A DNA stretch of 63,400 bases, the filler included, from Octopus bimaculoides (lineage: Eukaryota): assembly GCF_001194135.2 (NCBI RefSeq). It is 5 parts of 3 records of this genome, joined end to end, with 100 filler letters (N's around TTAATTAATTAA, not from the genome) between each part and the next. Parts side by side here need not be neighbours in the genome. Positions count along the whole stretch, not along the records: positions 51,234 to 59,987 come from NW_026352917.1; positions 60,088 to 63,400 come from NC_069008.1; 3 more parts are not named here. One strand, 5' to 3'. Position numbers and translations under genes: made by a program. The notes beneath the pieces are model-generated. The model saw nothing but the letters and a program-made list of their open reading frames with translations, did not search any database and was not told the origin of the DNA. Numbering within the stretch: position 1 is the stretch's first letter; every line of letters begins with the position of its first letter. Below are positions 51,983 through 63,400 of the stretch, piece by piece.

Positions 51983-52809
51983 NNNNNNNNNNNNNNNNNN
52001 NNNNNNNNNNNNNNNNNNNNNNNNNNNNNNNNNNNNNNNNNNNNNNNNNNNNNNNNNNNNNNNNNNNNNNNNNNNNNNNNNNNNNNNNNNNNNNNNNNNN
52101 NNNNNNNNNNNNNNNNNNNNNNNNNNNNNNNNNNNNNNNNNNNNNNNNNNNNNNNNNNNNNNNNNNNNNNNNNNNNNNNNNNNNNNNNNNNNNNNNNNNN
52201 NNNNNNNNNNNNNNNNNNNNNNNNNNNNNNNNNNNNNNNNNNNNNNNNNNNNNNNNNNNNNNNNNNNNNNNNNNNNNNNNNNNNNNNNNNNNNNNNNNNN
52301 NNNNNNNNNNNNNNNNNNNNNNNNNNNNNNNNNNNNNNNNNNNNNNNNNNNNNNNNNNNNNNNNNNNNNNNNNNNNNNNNNNNNNNNNNNNNNNNNNNNN
52401 NNNNNNNNNNNNNNNNNNNNNNNNNNNNNNNNNNNNNNNNNNNNNNNNNNNNNNNNNNNNNNNNNNNNNNNNNNNNNNNNNNNNNNNNNNNNNNNNNNNN
52501 NNNNNNNNNNNNNNNNNNNNNNNNNNNNNNNNNNNNNNNNNNNNNNNNNNNNNNNNNNNNNNNNNNNNNNNNNNNNNNNNNNNNNNNNNNNNNNNNNNNN
52601 NNNNNNNNNNNNNNNNNNNNNNNNNNNNNNNNNNNNNNNNNNNNNNNNNNNNNNNNNNNNNNNNNNNNNNNNNNNNNNNNNNNNNNNNNNNNNNNNNNNN
52701 NNNNNNNNNNNNNNNNNNNNNNNNNNNNNNNNNNNNNNNNNNNNNNNNNNNNNNNNNNNNNNNNNNNNNNNNNNNNNNNNNNNNNNNNNTATATATATAT
52801 ATATTTATT

Positions 52810-53035
52810 TATGTGTGTGTATATGCTTGTGTGTCTGTGTTTGTCCCCCCATCTTCGCTTCACAACCGATGCTGGTGTGTTTAGGTCCCCGTAACTTAGC
52901 GGTTCGGCAAAAGTGACCTATAGAATAAGTACTAGGCTTACAAAGAATAAGTCCTGGGGTCGATTTGCTCGACTAAAGGCGGTGCTCAAGCATGGCCGCA
53001 GTCAAAAGACTGAAACAAGTAAAAGAGTAAAGAGA
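52810..53035 (+). mobile_element. SINE 3' half
   Basis: Near-consensus copy of the GTCCCCGTAACTTAGCGGTTCGGCAAAAG tail family. Confidence 0.88.
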
Positions 53036-54323
53036 GATCAACATACAGACGGATAGTTACATAGGTTATATAAACAAACAAGGACACATACGGAGATGCA
53101 CATCCATACATACAAACACGGTACATAGTTGCAAAACACACACACACACACACTCAGACATGCACACACAAGGAGACAGAGGTATACACACATATATACA
53201 AACACACACACAGAAACACACACGCACATACATAAAAACACACAAACATGGACATGCAAACACATGAATATGCAGAATACATACATACAAATGTACACAC
53301 ATAATTAGATACATATGCACACACACACACACATATATGCATGCACATACATGCATGCATATATACATGCATCTATAGGCACACACACACACACACAGAT
53401 CCACAAACAAAAATAAAGAACGCAGTGTGAGTAACGGACAGAGTCAAAACTATTGAAAAGGCTGCAAGACGCATCGAAAATTTTAGAAAAATTTTAGAAA
53501 TATAAAAAAGAAATAACAGGAAATTTCTACCGGTATGTGCGTTAAATTATAAAGCACCAAAAGAGACTGGCTCTCCCCAGACACAACAGCATATATAGGA
53601 TAAAATCCTTACAGAGCAGAAAANNNNNNNNNNNNNNNNNNNNNNNNNNNNNNNNNNNNNNNNNNNNNNNNNNNNNNNNNNNNNNNNNNNNNNNNNNNNN
53701 NNNNNNNNNNNNNNNNNNNNNNNNNNNNNNNNNNNNNNNNNNNNNNNNNNNNNNNNNNNNNNNNNNNNNNNNNNNNNNNNNNNNNNNNNNNNNNNNNNNN
53801 NNNNNNNNNNNNNNNNNNNNNNNNNNNNNNNNNNNNNNNNNNNNNNNNNNNNNNNNNNNNNNNNNNNNNNNNNNNNNNNNNNNNNNNNNNNNNNNNNNNN
53901 NNNNNNNNNNNNNNNNNNNNNNNNNNNNNNNNNNNNNNNNNNNNNNNNNNNNNNNNNNNNNNNNNNNNNNNNNNNNNNNNNNNNNNNNNNNNNNNNNNNN
54001 NNNNNNNNNNNNNNNNNNNNNNNNNNNNNNNNNNNNNNNNNNNNNNNNNNNNNNNNNNNNNNNNNNNNNNNNNNNNNNNNNNNNNNNNNNNNNNNNNNNN
54101 NNNNNNNNNNNNNNNNNNNNNNNNNNNNNNNNNNNNNNNNNNNNNNNNNNNNNNNNNNNNNNNNNNNNNNNNNNNNNNNNNNNNNNNNNNNNNNNNNNNN
54201 NNNNNNNNNNNNNNNNNNNNNNNNNNNNNNNNNNNNNNNNNNNNNNNNNNNNNNNNNNNNNNNNNNNNNNNNNNNNNNNNNNNNNNNNNNNNNNNNNNNN
54301 NNNNNNNNNNNNNNNNNNNNNNN

Positions 54324-54606
54324 ACAACAGAAACAGGAAGTAAGAGTGAGAGAAAGTTGTGGTGGAAGAGTACAGCAGGGTTCGCCACCATCCCCTGCCG
54401 GAGCCTCGTGGAGCTTTAGGTGTTTTCGCTCAATAAACACTCACAACGCCCGGTCTGGGAATCGAAACCGCGAATCCGCTGCCCTAACCACTGGGCCATT
54501 TATCAAAGAATAAATATCAATTTTTGTCATTTTTAAAAAATTTTCCCAATTTCATTGAAATAGTTAATTCTGGCACACCCTGTATTTTTGTAGATTAGGA
54601 ACGCAT
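54324..54606 (-). repeat. Local duplicate of SINE head plus flank found at 58590-58910
   Basis: Same SINE head followed by the same unique flank ending TTCTGGCACACCCTGTATTTTTGTAGATTAGGA. Confidence 0.8.
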
Positions 54607-56590
54607 GTCGGCGAATGCAGTATTTTACAGAAATGGAGAGTGAAGATAGTACATGTCCAGGCTGTCACACTACACACACATATACACACACGCATGCACA
54701 CACATCACATTCATACATATATATATAATTATAAAACTATATAGATATATAATTATAAAACTATATAGATATATAATTATAAAACTATATATATATAAGC
54801 GGTATGGTACTATTAAAATATCATCACAAGTAACTAGCGAAAATCAGCCGTACAAGGCAAATTAATAAAATATAAAATATATACATACATATATATATGT
54901 GGTTCCTGGTTCATTAAGACAGGTGTATAAGCAACAAACAGGTAAGTCTTTTACGTTTCGAGCCTATGCTCTTCAACAGAAAGGAACACGATGAAATAAA
55001 CAGAGAGAGAATAAATAACTTTTTGCGATACCGCTCAATCATGGCGGCTGGCTGGTAGTTAGACAGGAGAGCTAGGAAGAAGGGGAGATAATAAAGTATT
55101 AATGATCCCAAATGAAGGTGCGCATGCGTGTGTATGTGAGAGTGTTTGTGTGCGTGTGGATAGGGGCTGCTGACTTTGATGTGTGGATGCGTGCATGTGT
55201 AAGTATGTGCGTCAGGAATGTGTGAGTATATAGATGATGGTGTGGGTGCTGGGAAGTGATCAGTGCTAGTGCATTATATATTTATAATACATTGAAAATC
55301 AGTTTCAATCTTGCTTGCTTGCTTGCAATGTTTCCCAGCCAAACTGGTGCATAATGGGAAAATGCTATAAATTAAGTTTACCCTGAAATGTTAATATTAA
55401 CGGAATGATACNNNNNNNNNNNNNNNNNNNNNNNNNNNNNNNNNNNNNNNNNNNNNNNNNNNNNNNNNNNNNNNNNNNNNNNNNNNNNNNNNNNNNNNNN
55501 NNNNNNNNNNNNNNNNNNNNNNNNNNNNNNNNNNNNNNNNNNNNNNNNNNNNNNNNNNNNNNNNNNNNNNNNNNNNNNNNNNNNNNNNNNNNNNNNNNNN
55601 NNNNNNNNNNNNNNNNNNNNNNNNNNNNNNNNNNNNNNNNNNNNNNNNNNNNNNNNNNNNNNNNNNNNNNNNNNNNNNNNNNNNNNNNNNNNNNNNNNNN
55701 NNNNNNNNNNAGTAGTTGTTGAGATATTCGGGGTTTGGGTATGTAAATATTTTTACAGTAAATATCTATACATACAACCTTCGACAGAATAACAGTCATA
55801 TATACAACTTCAACAGATACATATGTCAGTACATGAACGTTTACATATGCATACATATATACACACACGCAGACACGTGTACACACTTACATACGTAAAA
55901 ACTCACGTACATGCATACATCCATGCGTATATGCTTATATACATGCGTATATGGGTATATGCGGAAATACATGCATACGCATGTACACATACGCATACGT
56001 ACATGCACACATACATACATACATACATACATATCATAAACTAACTGTTACTTTCTCAGATGCAGCATGAAGTTTTGTCAGAGAATAGGTTGCGGTTTCA
56101 AAGCGATGAAATTATTTTGAAGCTAATTTAATTTAATTGTTGAAGTGAATCTAACGGTTTTTTGAGTATTCTTAAATGGTTAGAAAACATCTTCCCCGCT
56201 GCAATTGTTTGTGTTTCAGCACACGATCTCAGATCAAGTCACTTGCTACGCAAGGGCATCTCCGTAGCTTCTATTTTCGCTTTTGTTAAACAATATTTGA
56301 ATCATTTAGAAATATCTTTAAGTGAATGTATTTTCAAAAAATGTAATTTGCTGTGCAGTAAGTATTTATAGTTTAGCTTTCGTTACACAGACAAGTTTTA
56401 ATATTTTTTTTTATATTTTCAAGTGAGTACCATTACAAAAATTTTGGGGTTTTTTTTGGCATATTTAAGAAATATTCTAAAGTGAAAATTACTTTAAAAA
56501 TACGGTAAATATTTCGTAAAAGACCCGTTCGTAACCTCTGCGGGTTTTTTCTTTTTCTTCGAGTGCATTCAACGTTATCTCACCTCAAAT

Positions 56591-56689
56591 GGTTTGGCTG
56601 GTATTTCTAGCACGCGCTGCTATTTGCAATAAAGGACCCCACATACACGCTACGTGGTAGCAGGGCATGCAAGAAATAGCAGCCAAATC
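56591..56689. repeat. Inverted pair of the GCTAGAAATAGCAGCCAAATC motif (MITE-like)
   Basis: GGTTTGGCTGGTATTTCTAGCA ... TGCAAGAAATAGCAGCCAAATC. Confidence 0.65.
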
Positions 56690-56845
56690 TTTCTTTTTCT
56701 GGGGAAAGGAGCCGTTTACGTGTGATTTCGATGTCACATTCGTTGAAAGCATGCGAAACAACCTGGAAAAGAAAACCCCACGAAACAAACTCCGTTGCTG
56801 GGAAACTGAGTTCTCCGGTGCCCCAACGGGTTCACGGGTAGTCCA

Positions 56846-56883
<38 letters not shown>

Positions 56884-57344
56884 NNNNNNNNNNNNNNNNN
56901 NNNNNNNNNNNNNNNNNNNNNNNNNNNNNNNNNNNNNNNNNNNNNNNNNNNNNNNNNNNNNNNNNNNNNNNNNNNNNNNNNNNNNNNNNNNNNNNNNNNN
57001 NNNNNNNNNNNNNNNNNNNNNNNNNNNNNNNNNNNNNNNNNNNNNNNNNNNNNNNNNNNNNNNNNNNNNNNNNNNNNNNNNNNNNNNNNNNNNNNNNNNN
57101 NNNNNNNNNNNNNNNNNNNNNNNNNNNNNNNNNNNNNNNNNNNNNNNNNNNNNNNNNNNNNNNNNNNNNNNNNNNNNNNNNNNNNNNNNNNNNNNNNNNN
57201 NNNNNNNNNNNNNNNNNNNNNNNNNNNNNNNNNNNNNNNNNNNNNNNNNNNNNNNNNNNNNNNNNNNNNNNNNNNNNNNNNNNNNNNNNNNNNNNNNNNN
57301 NNNNNNNNATTTTTTTTTTTTTGGGGGGGGAATAATTAAAAAAT

Positions 57345-57950
57345 AACATGAATGGTTTAATTTGAGTTTATTTACGTTCTTCTGGAGAGAGTTCAAGCCG
57401 GTTGCTTACAAAGCGAAAAGACTTTTCTCAGTTAAGAGAGTTCCCACTATTTGTGAATATGTGATTGAGTTGGTGTGTCTGTTTGAACTGTCGATGCACA
57501 CAATCATGTGTAGTCATCTATTTGTCTAAAGAATTTCGGATGGAGATTCTCACAAATCTTCACTGCGCTGCTACTAGATTGGATTTGGAGAATCCGTACC
57601 AGTTTCTGTCGCTCCTTTTTTCAAAAATTTAGTATTTATAGATTTTTATATATGTATGCTTAATAAATGAACGAATGATTTTCATTTGAGTTTCATTTAA
57701 GTTCTTCTTGAGTTCAAACTGGTTGCTAACAAAACGACAAAACATTTTGAGCTAAGAGAGTCCCTGATGTTTGTAAATATGTGACAGAGTTGGTGTGTTG
57801 GTTTGAACTATCGATACAAATACCCAAGAGTGTGTATCTATTCATTTAAAGTATTTCGAATGGAGATTCTTTAAAGTGTCTTACAAAATATTCATTGTGT
57901 CGCTTATAGATTGAATTTAGAGAATGCGCGGCCATTTTCTTTTGCTTTTT
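57345..57950. repeat. Old tandem duplication with a ~320-bp unit
   Basis: Blocks TTTGAGTTT..., GGTTGCT-ACAAA, GAGTTGGTGTGT..GTTTGAACT-TCGAT and ATGGAGATTCT occur twice in the same order. Confidence 0.75.
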
Positions 57951-58401
57951 CTTCGATGAAAGGTCTGCTGCATGTTGTCCCAGAATTAACTATTTATTTT
58001 AGGGAAATCGAACATTTTTTTAATTCACTTTTATAGGCGTAGGAGTGGCTGTGTGGTAAGTAACNNNNNNNNNNTTATATGTGTTAAAGAATCTACACAC
58101 TTTTTATTTTGTTAATAAGTTTATAATTTTTTAATAAATTTATTTGCATTCCTAATGGATCCCGCTTATCTATCCACAGCAGCTCTTTTTCAGTTCTGTT
58201 GCAATTATTTTCTCAACCTTCATCCCCAGGATGGAGCAACAGTTTAGCTAAACTTAAAGTACGCATTCAGTTAGCATCAAAATGTGCTTCGCAACGCTAA
58301 GGATTGACATGAAATCTGCAGGGATACAGATGGAGGACATATTGAAAACTTACAATAAAGTTTGGTCATAAGGCTTATAACTTTATTTGATTTGGTATCA
58401 T

Positions 58402-58790
58402 GTGTGTGTTGGCACTCCGTCGCTTACGACGACGAGGGTTCCAGTTGATCCGATCAACGGAACAGCCTGCTCGTGAAATTAACGTGCAAGTGGCTGAGCA
58501 CTCCACAGACACGTGTACCCCTAACATAGTTCTCGGCGATATTCAGCGTGACACAGTGTGTGACAAGGCTGACCCTTTGAATTACAGGCACAACAGAAAC
58601 GGGAAATAAGAGTGAGAGAAAGTTGTGGTGGAAGAGTACAGCAGGGTTCGCCACCATCCCCTGCCGGAGCCTCGTGGAGCTTTAGGTGTTTTCGCTCAAT
58701 AAACACTCACAACGCCCGGTCTGGGAATCGAAACTGCGATCCTATGACCGCGAGTCCGCTGCCCTAACCACTGGGCCATTGCGCCTCTAT
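58402..58790 (-). mobile_element. Full-length tRNA-SINE with TSD
   Basis: 11-bp TSD TTTGGTATCAT at 58391-58401 and 58791-58801. Confidence 0.92.
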
Positions 58791-59202
58791 TTTGGTATCA
58801 TAATTAAGGAATAAATATATAAATTTTTGTCATTTTTTAAAAAATTTGCCTAATTTCATTGAAATAGTTAATTCTGGCACACCCTGTATTTTTGTAGATT
58901 AGGAGCGCATAATTCACCCCTAGTTTTCAATCTCAGTATTTAAGCTATGCATATTACTGCTGTTGTACACGTGCTGCATACATTCCTACAACAACGTTTT
59001 CTTTATGTGTTATAAAGGCAGCAGTAAATCTACCTTCAACTCAGTCACGCGTCTGTGTTTCGCTTATTATTATTTTTGTGTGTGTGTGTGTGTGTGTCTC
59101 TGTGTGTGTGTGTATTTTACTACATAAATATCACCAACTGCCTACCCTGAGTAATTACTGACGACACGTGCCTGGTATGTATGTATGTATGTATGTATGT
59201 AT

Positions 59203-59420
59203 GGCGGCGAGCTGGCAGAAACGTTAGCACGCTGGGCGAAATGCTTAGCGGTATTTCGTCTGCCATAACGTTCTGAGTTCAAATTCCGCCGAGGTCGACT
59301 TTGCCTTTCATCCTTTCGGGGTCGATTAAATAAGTACCAGTTACGCACTGGGGTCGATATAATCGACTTAATCCGTTTGTCTGTCCTTGTTTGTCCCCTT
59401 TGTGTGTAGCCCCTTGTGGG
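59203..59420 (+). mobile_element. Near-consensus SINE (GGCGGCGAGCTGGCAGAAACG family)
   Basis: B-box GAGTTCAAATTCC; homologous to 38669-38884. Confidence 0.9.
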
Positions 59421-59789
59421 CAATAAAGAAATAAGAGTGGATGTGTAGACCTGTGAGCCGGAGAAAGGGATTTAGAGAGGGCACTTGCCCTTGGTGTTCA
59501 GAGAATTCTTGGACAGTGGGGTTCCTCGTTATCCCTAGAGGTCCCCCTATATCAGGACTACATCACTGTCATTTCCTTTTTACCTTTGTATACTATATAT
59601 ATTTCCCTTTCTTTTCATTGTATAACGTGTCTACTTACTCCTTTATTATTATACAATTGTTCAACATTTGATAGTTTGGAGCAAATTTCTACTGCTTCAC
59701 CTGCTACACCTCCGTGTGCGCAGCATTGTGTTTTTTTTTTTTTTTTTTTTTTTGAGAATGCACAAACACTTTCCGGTATTGTATAGTGT

Positions 59790-59987
59790 TAGTTTTATTA
59801 TCATTATTATAATTATTATTATTGTTCAGTAGTTTTATTTTTATAACATGCTTTCACTTCACTACTGAGCGCAGCTCTATGTGCCTTGGGTATGTGCTGT
59901 GGTTTGCTGTGATGCTCTTATGGTTACTATAGTGAAAGTGTTTTGCGTAGGATGTGTGCAGTGCCCAGTAGTGCAATTTTCTGTATG
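59790..59987 (-). mobile_element. Dong-like LINE 3' end with an (AAT)-type tail
   Basis: Reverse complement of 28060-28240. Confidence 0.88.
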
Positions 59988-60087
59988 NNNNNNNNNNNNN
60001 NNNNNNNNNNNNNNNNNNNNNNNNNNNNNNNTTAATTAATTAANNNNNNNNNNNNNNNNNNNNNNNNNNNNNNNNNNNNNNNNNNNN
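59988..60087. other. Artificial scaffold-join spacer
   Basis: 44N-TTAATTAATTAA-44N. Confidence 0.95.
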
Positions 60088-60163
60088 AAGATAAGAACAA
60101 GTAGAAGAAGAAGAAGAAGAAGAGCAAGAACAAGATAAGAACAAGAAGAAGAAGTTCAATACC

Positions 60164-60217
<54 letters not shown>

Positions 60218-60284
60218 GAGAGCAGGTTTCAATAAAGAGAACTTGTGAGTTGTGCAGATTTAGACAATTTATTGGAAGACTCAC

Positions 60285-60314
60285 TCTTCGGCCAGATGAC
60301 GTTTTGTGAACAGC
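60285..60314 (-). CDS. Candidate 30-nt micro-exon (frame undetermined)
   Basis: Acceptor ttgttgttcttattttcag|, donor AGA|GTGAGT, all three frames open. Confidence 0.3.
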
Positions 60315-60364
60315 CTGAAAATAAGAACAACAATTTGCAACGGTCAAACATGACAGCCATCGCT

Positions 60365-60441
<77 letters not shown>

Positions 60442-60445
60442 CAGC

Positions 60446-60476
<31 letters not shown>

Positions 60477-60513
60477 ATAGTAACAGCAAGTAGTAGTAAT
60501 AGAATTAGTAGTG

Positions 60514-60554
<41 letters not shown>

Positions 60555-60870
60555 GGTGGTGGTAGTGGTAGTGGTGGTGGTAGCAGTGGTTACGGTTCCG
60601 CGTGGCTAAGCCTTTAGCCATGTGTTGATGTCCGCTGTGTAACCCCCTGGTCGGCTCTGATCCACCACCNNNNNNNNNNNNNNNNNNNNNNNNNNNNNNN
60701 NNNNNNNNNGCCGACCGGTGAGGGTGGGGGTGGGGGTGGGGGAAGTCCACATAAACCTCTAACCGCAAGATCCCTCCCTCCCGACACTCCCCACAGGACC
60801 GATGTTCTGGTGGTCATATATCACTTCTGCCCCTCCCCACATACACCCAATAAATGATTCACACTCTTAC

Positions 60871-60959
60871 CCATTCTCACATGCAGCGACGTTAAATAAT
60901 ATTTGGTGAGAAGGTAACAGCCCCGACACAAAGAATCCCCGCTGATGTGCAACCGATTC
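60871..60959 (-). CDS. Candidate FN3-like exon ESVAHQRGFFVSGLLPSHQILFNVAACEN+G
   Basis: Donor TGG|GTAAGA; V.GL.P....F.V.A spacing like FN3; the acceptor has a poor pyrimidine tract. Confidence 0.22.
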
Positions 60960-61004
60960 CTGAACCGCAATGGGGGTTTGTTTTGTTTTCACAACATCTT
61001 TTAT

Positions 61005-61232
61005 CTTTTACTTGTTTCAGTCATTAGGCTCTGGCCATGCTGGAGTAGTACCGCATTGAAGAACTGTCAGGTGAATGAATTGACCCCACCATCCAGGATT
61101 TATTTTTCCAAAGCCTGATCCTTATTCTATCAGTCACTTTTGCCAAACAGCTAAGTTAAAGGGACATGAACACATGAACACTGATTGGTGGTGGCAGTGG
61201 GGAAAGACACAGGCACAAAGGCATGCACACAT

Positions 61233-61263
<31 letters not shown>

Positions 61264-61320
61264 CTTTTATTCTTTTGTTGCAGTCATTTGACTGCAGCCA
61301 TGGCCTTGAAGACTTTTAGC
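61005..61320 (-). mobile_element. SINE tail fragments
   Basis: TACTTGTTTCAGTCATT...GCCATGCTGGAG pattern. Confidence 0.7.
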
Positions 61321-61554
61321 CAATCGTGCTTTGCAATGCAATAAAAAGAAGGGTTAATTTTGATTGGAAATTCTTTGAGAAGACCAAATGTGAGCGACTA
61401 GCTAGTCTTTCTAATCATAATAATTAAGCTAATGAAGTATTAATTATTGTGTTGGAGGAAATTTTGAAAGACATACATTTCCCAATTAAAAGAATGTCTT
61501 TTTAACTTGGGAAATATCTGTTCTGGCATTGTTATTTTATATATCGTTGATGGG

Positions 61555-62068
61555 GAGATGAATTGCTGCTATTTCTAGTGGTCAAGTGTCCATCACTGAC
61601 AAGACCAAGAAAGGTTGAAATCACATGATCTGGTGGTTTTGGCACTGGAGGTACCAGGGTTTTTTTTAACCCTACCCTTATCTACTGCAGTATAGTTTGT
61701 ACTAAGAGAACATCTATGCTTAAGTGAGGATAAATACTACCTCTGTTGCTAATAAATATTTTTTAATTAGCTCATTAGCTAATTGCGACACAAGCACCTG
61801 ATCTGGCACTGCTATTCTGTATATCAGTGAGCTGAGTCATTGCTACCTCTAGCAGTCACATGTCCATCACTGAAAAGACCAAAGAAGGTCGAAATCATGT
61901 GATCTGATGGTCTTGGTACTGGAGGTGAAAGGGATTTATCTCCTGCTAGCAATATAAACAAGCCAATATAATAGTCTCCAAAAGCCAATATAATAGTCTC
62001 CAAAAGCCAATATAATAGTCTCCAAAAGCCAATATAATAGTCTCCAAAAGCCAATATAATAGTCTCTC
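61555..62068. repeat. ~270-bp-period duplication followed by a 22-bp minisatellite x5 (AAAGCCAATATAATAGTCTCCA)
   Basis: GTCCATCACTGA-AAGACCAA...GAAATCA..TGATCTG occurs twice (~61585 and ~61860); minisatellite at 61959-62068. Confidence 0.85.
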
Positions 62069-62399
62069 TCATGGTAACTACCACAGTATTGCTTGTTCTA
62101 ACAGAACATACACGTTTAAACTGGGATAACTATTTCCCAAGTTAATGACTATCTAAGATGCAGTAGTGTTAGATGTAACAAAACTACAGACTTTGTCTCT
62201 GGGAAGGAACTAGTATTGAAAGGGGAGTAGTATTCAGTGTGCAATATGCTTTACATTATTTATTACTTCTTGCAAAGATATACTAGATGTCACATCTTAG
62301 ATATAACTTCTTAAATATATTATATATCACATACCAGATGGAGCAGCTATGGAAAAGGACATACATGTATCTGGTTCATTGTTAATGACTATAACCGAC

Positions 62400-63300
62400 T
62401 TTTATCATCATCAGCATCATTATCATAGTTTAGCATTTGTTTTCCATGTGGGCATGGGTTGGATATATCACCAAAGGTCTTGGTCACTTGTTACTGCCTC
62501 CATGAGGCCCAACATTCAAACAATGCTTTTTACATGTCACCAGCATGGGCGAAAGTTATGCACCACTGACATTGGCCACAATTACAATTTCACTTGGTTT
62601 GACGAGTCTTCTCAAGCGTGGCATACCACCCAACATTCAAAGGGTGCTTCTTACATGCCAGTCACGCGACACTGGCATCGGCCATGACTGTGATTTCACT
62701 TGGTTTCACGGGTCTTCTCAAGCATGGCATATCACCCAACGTTCAAAGGGTGCTTTTTACCTGCCAGTCACGAGACACTGGCATTGGCCACAACTACAAG
62801 AGCAATCTGCAGCTTGATGGTACCACTTGTCAGTGGGGATAGATAAACCTTTTAGGTACAGCCTGACACTGTTCTGAATCCCAATATGGGTCTACCAATG
62901 ATTTGATAACTATCTGCGAGTTGTGAGAACAGGAATGGTTTGAGAGTCATTCATTGCCAAGTCTAGCAAAGGGGCCCATCCAATAGAAGTTTCACTGTAT
63001 TAATAGATGGTGCAGGGTTTGAAAGTCAGCTTTCCTGAGGACTTGGGAACTCGGGATATGTTGCCATTATTCGATGTTCATCATAGGTCTAAGATGTTGC
63101 ATGACGATGGCACTGAACCTTTTGATTTGTGTTTTGTAAAGTGTCCTTGTGTCTGCACTGTGCAGAAACGCTGCGGTGATGATGCAAACAGACATGCAAT
63201 TCCTAAATTAACGAGGTTTCGTAGCCAGGTGTAAATGTCAGGTTTAGTAATGTTGCCAACCTTGTCGTAGATAAGTTAGGGACCAATGGAAGAAAGTGGG
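62400..63300 (-). mobile_element. RTE-clade LINE 3' portion: decayed ORF2 C-terminus and a UTR with 106-bp tandem units
   Basis: Minus-strand ADTRTLYKTQIKRFSAIVMQHLRPMMNIE*WQHIPSSQVLRKA matches the RTE ETWTLY...RCLR.I..I.W.D.I.N.EVL pattern; repeat units start at 62588 and 62694; (GAT)n tail. Confidence 0.8.
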
Positions 63301-63400
63301 GTCGGTCAGCATTGGGAGAACGACATCCTCTATGTTGTTGACTAGCCTTTCGGGGGAAGGAAGGAAGGAAGGAAGGAGGAGGAGGAGAAGAAGAAGAAGA

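Noticed and set aside
60595-60670. Possible HDV-like ribozyme (CAGAGCC...GGCTAA on the minus strand)
   Set aside because: The required P1 5' strand and P3/L3 would lie in the gap; GGCTAA is equally explained by a local hairpin.

Overview
AT-rich, microsatellite-dense, gap-riddled eukaryotic DNA. The SINE, LINE and MITE families look like those of an octopus (cephalopod) genome; this is recalled family knowledge, not a database hit. Four identical 100-nt spacers (44 N + TTAATTAATTAA + 44 N) split the window into five artificially joined pieces: 1-14982, 15083-32312, 32413-51133, 51234-59987 and 60088-63400. Adjacency and orientation across these joins are not established. Nearly all long ORFs in the supplied track are artefacts of N-runs or microsatellites. 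Supportable content is mostly mobile DNA: many tRNA-derived SINEs, R4/Dong-like LINEs stacked in (AAT)n tracts, a Tx1/L1-like LINE relic split by a hAT MITE with an 8-bp TSD, RTE LINE relics (one probable 3' end with three degenerate C2H2 fingers), Penelope RT fragments and a decayed mariner transposase. The most notable item is a minimal type I hammerhead ribozyme motif (11208-11250) inside a ~353-bp direct repeat. A few isolated candidate host exons were found by eye (two in-phase minus-strand exons with an FN3-like motif, a possible TM exon, and a plus-strand start exon MADGGRRARVLILG). None can be assigned to a named gene.
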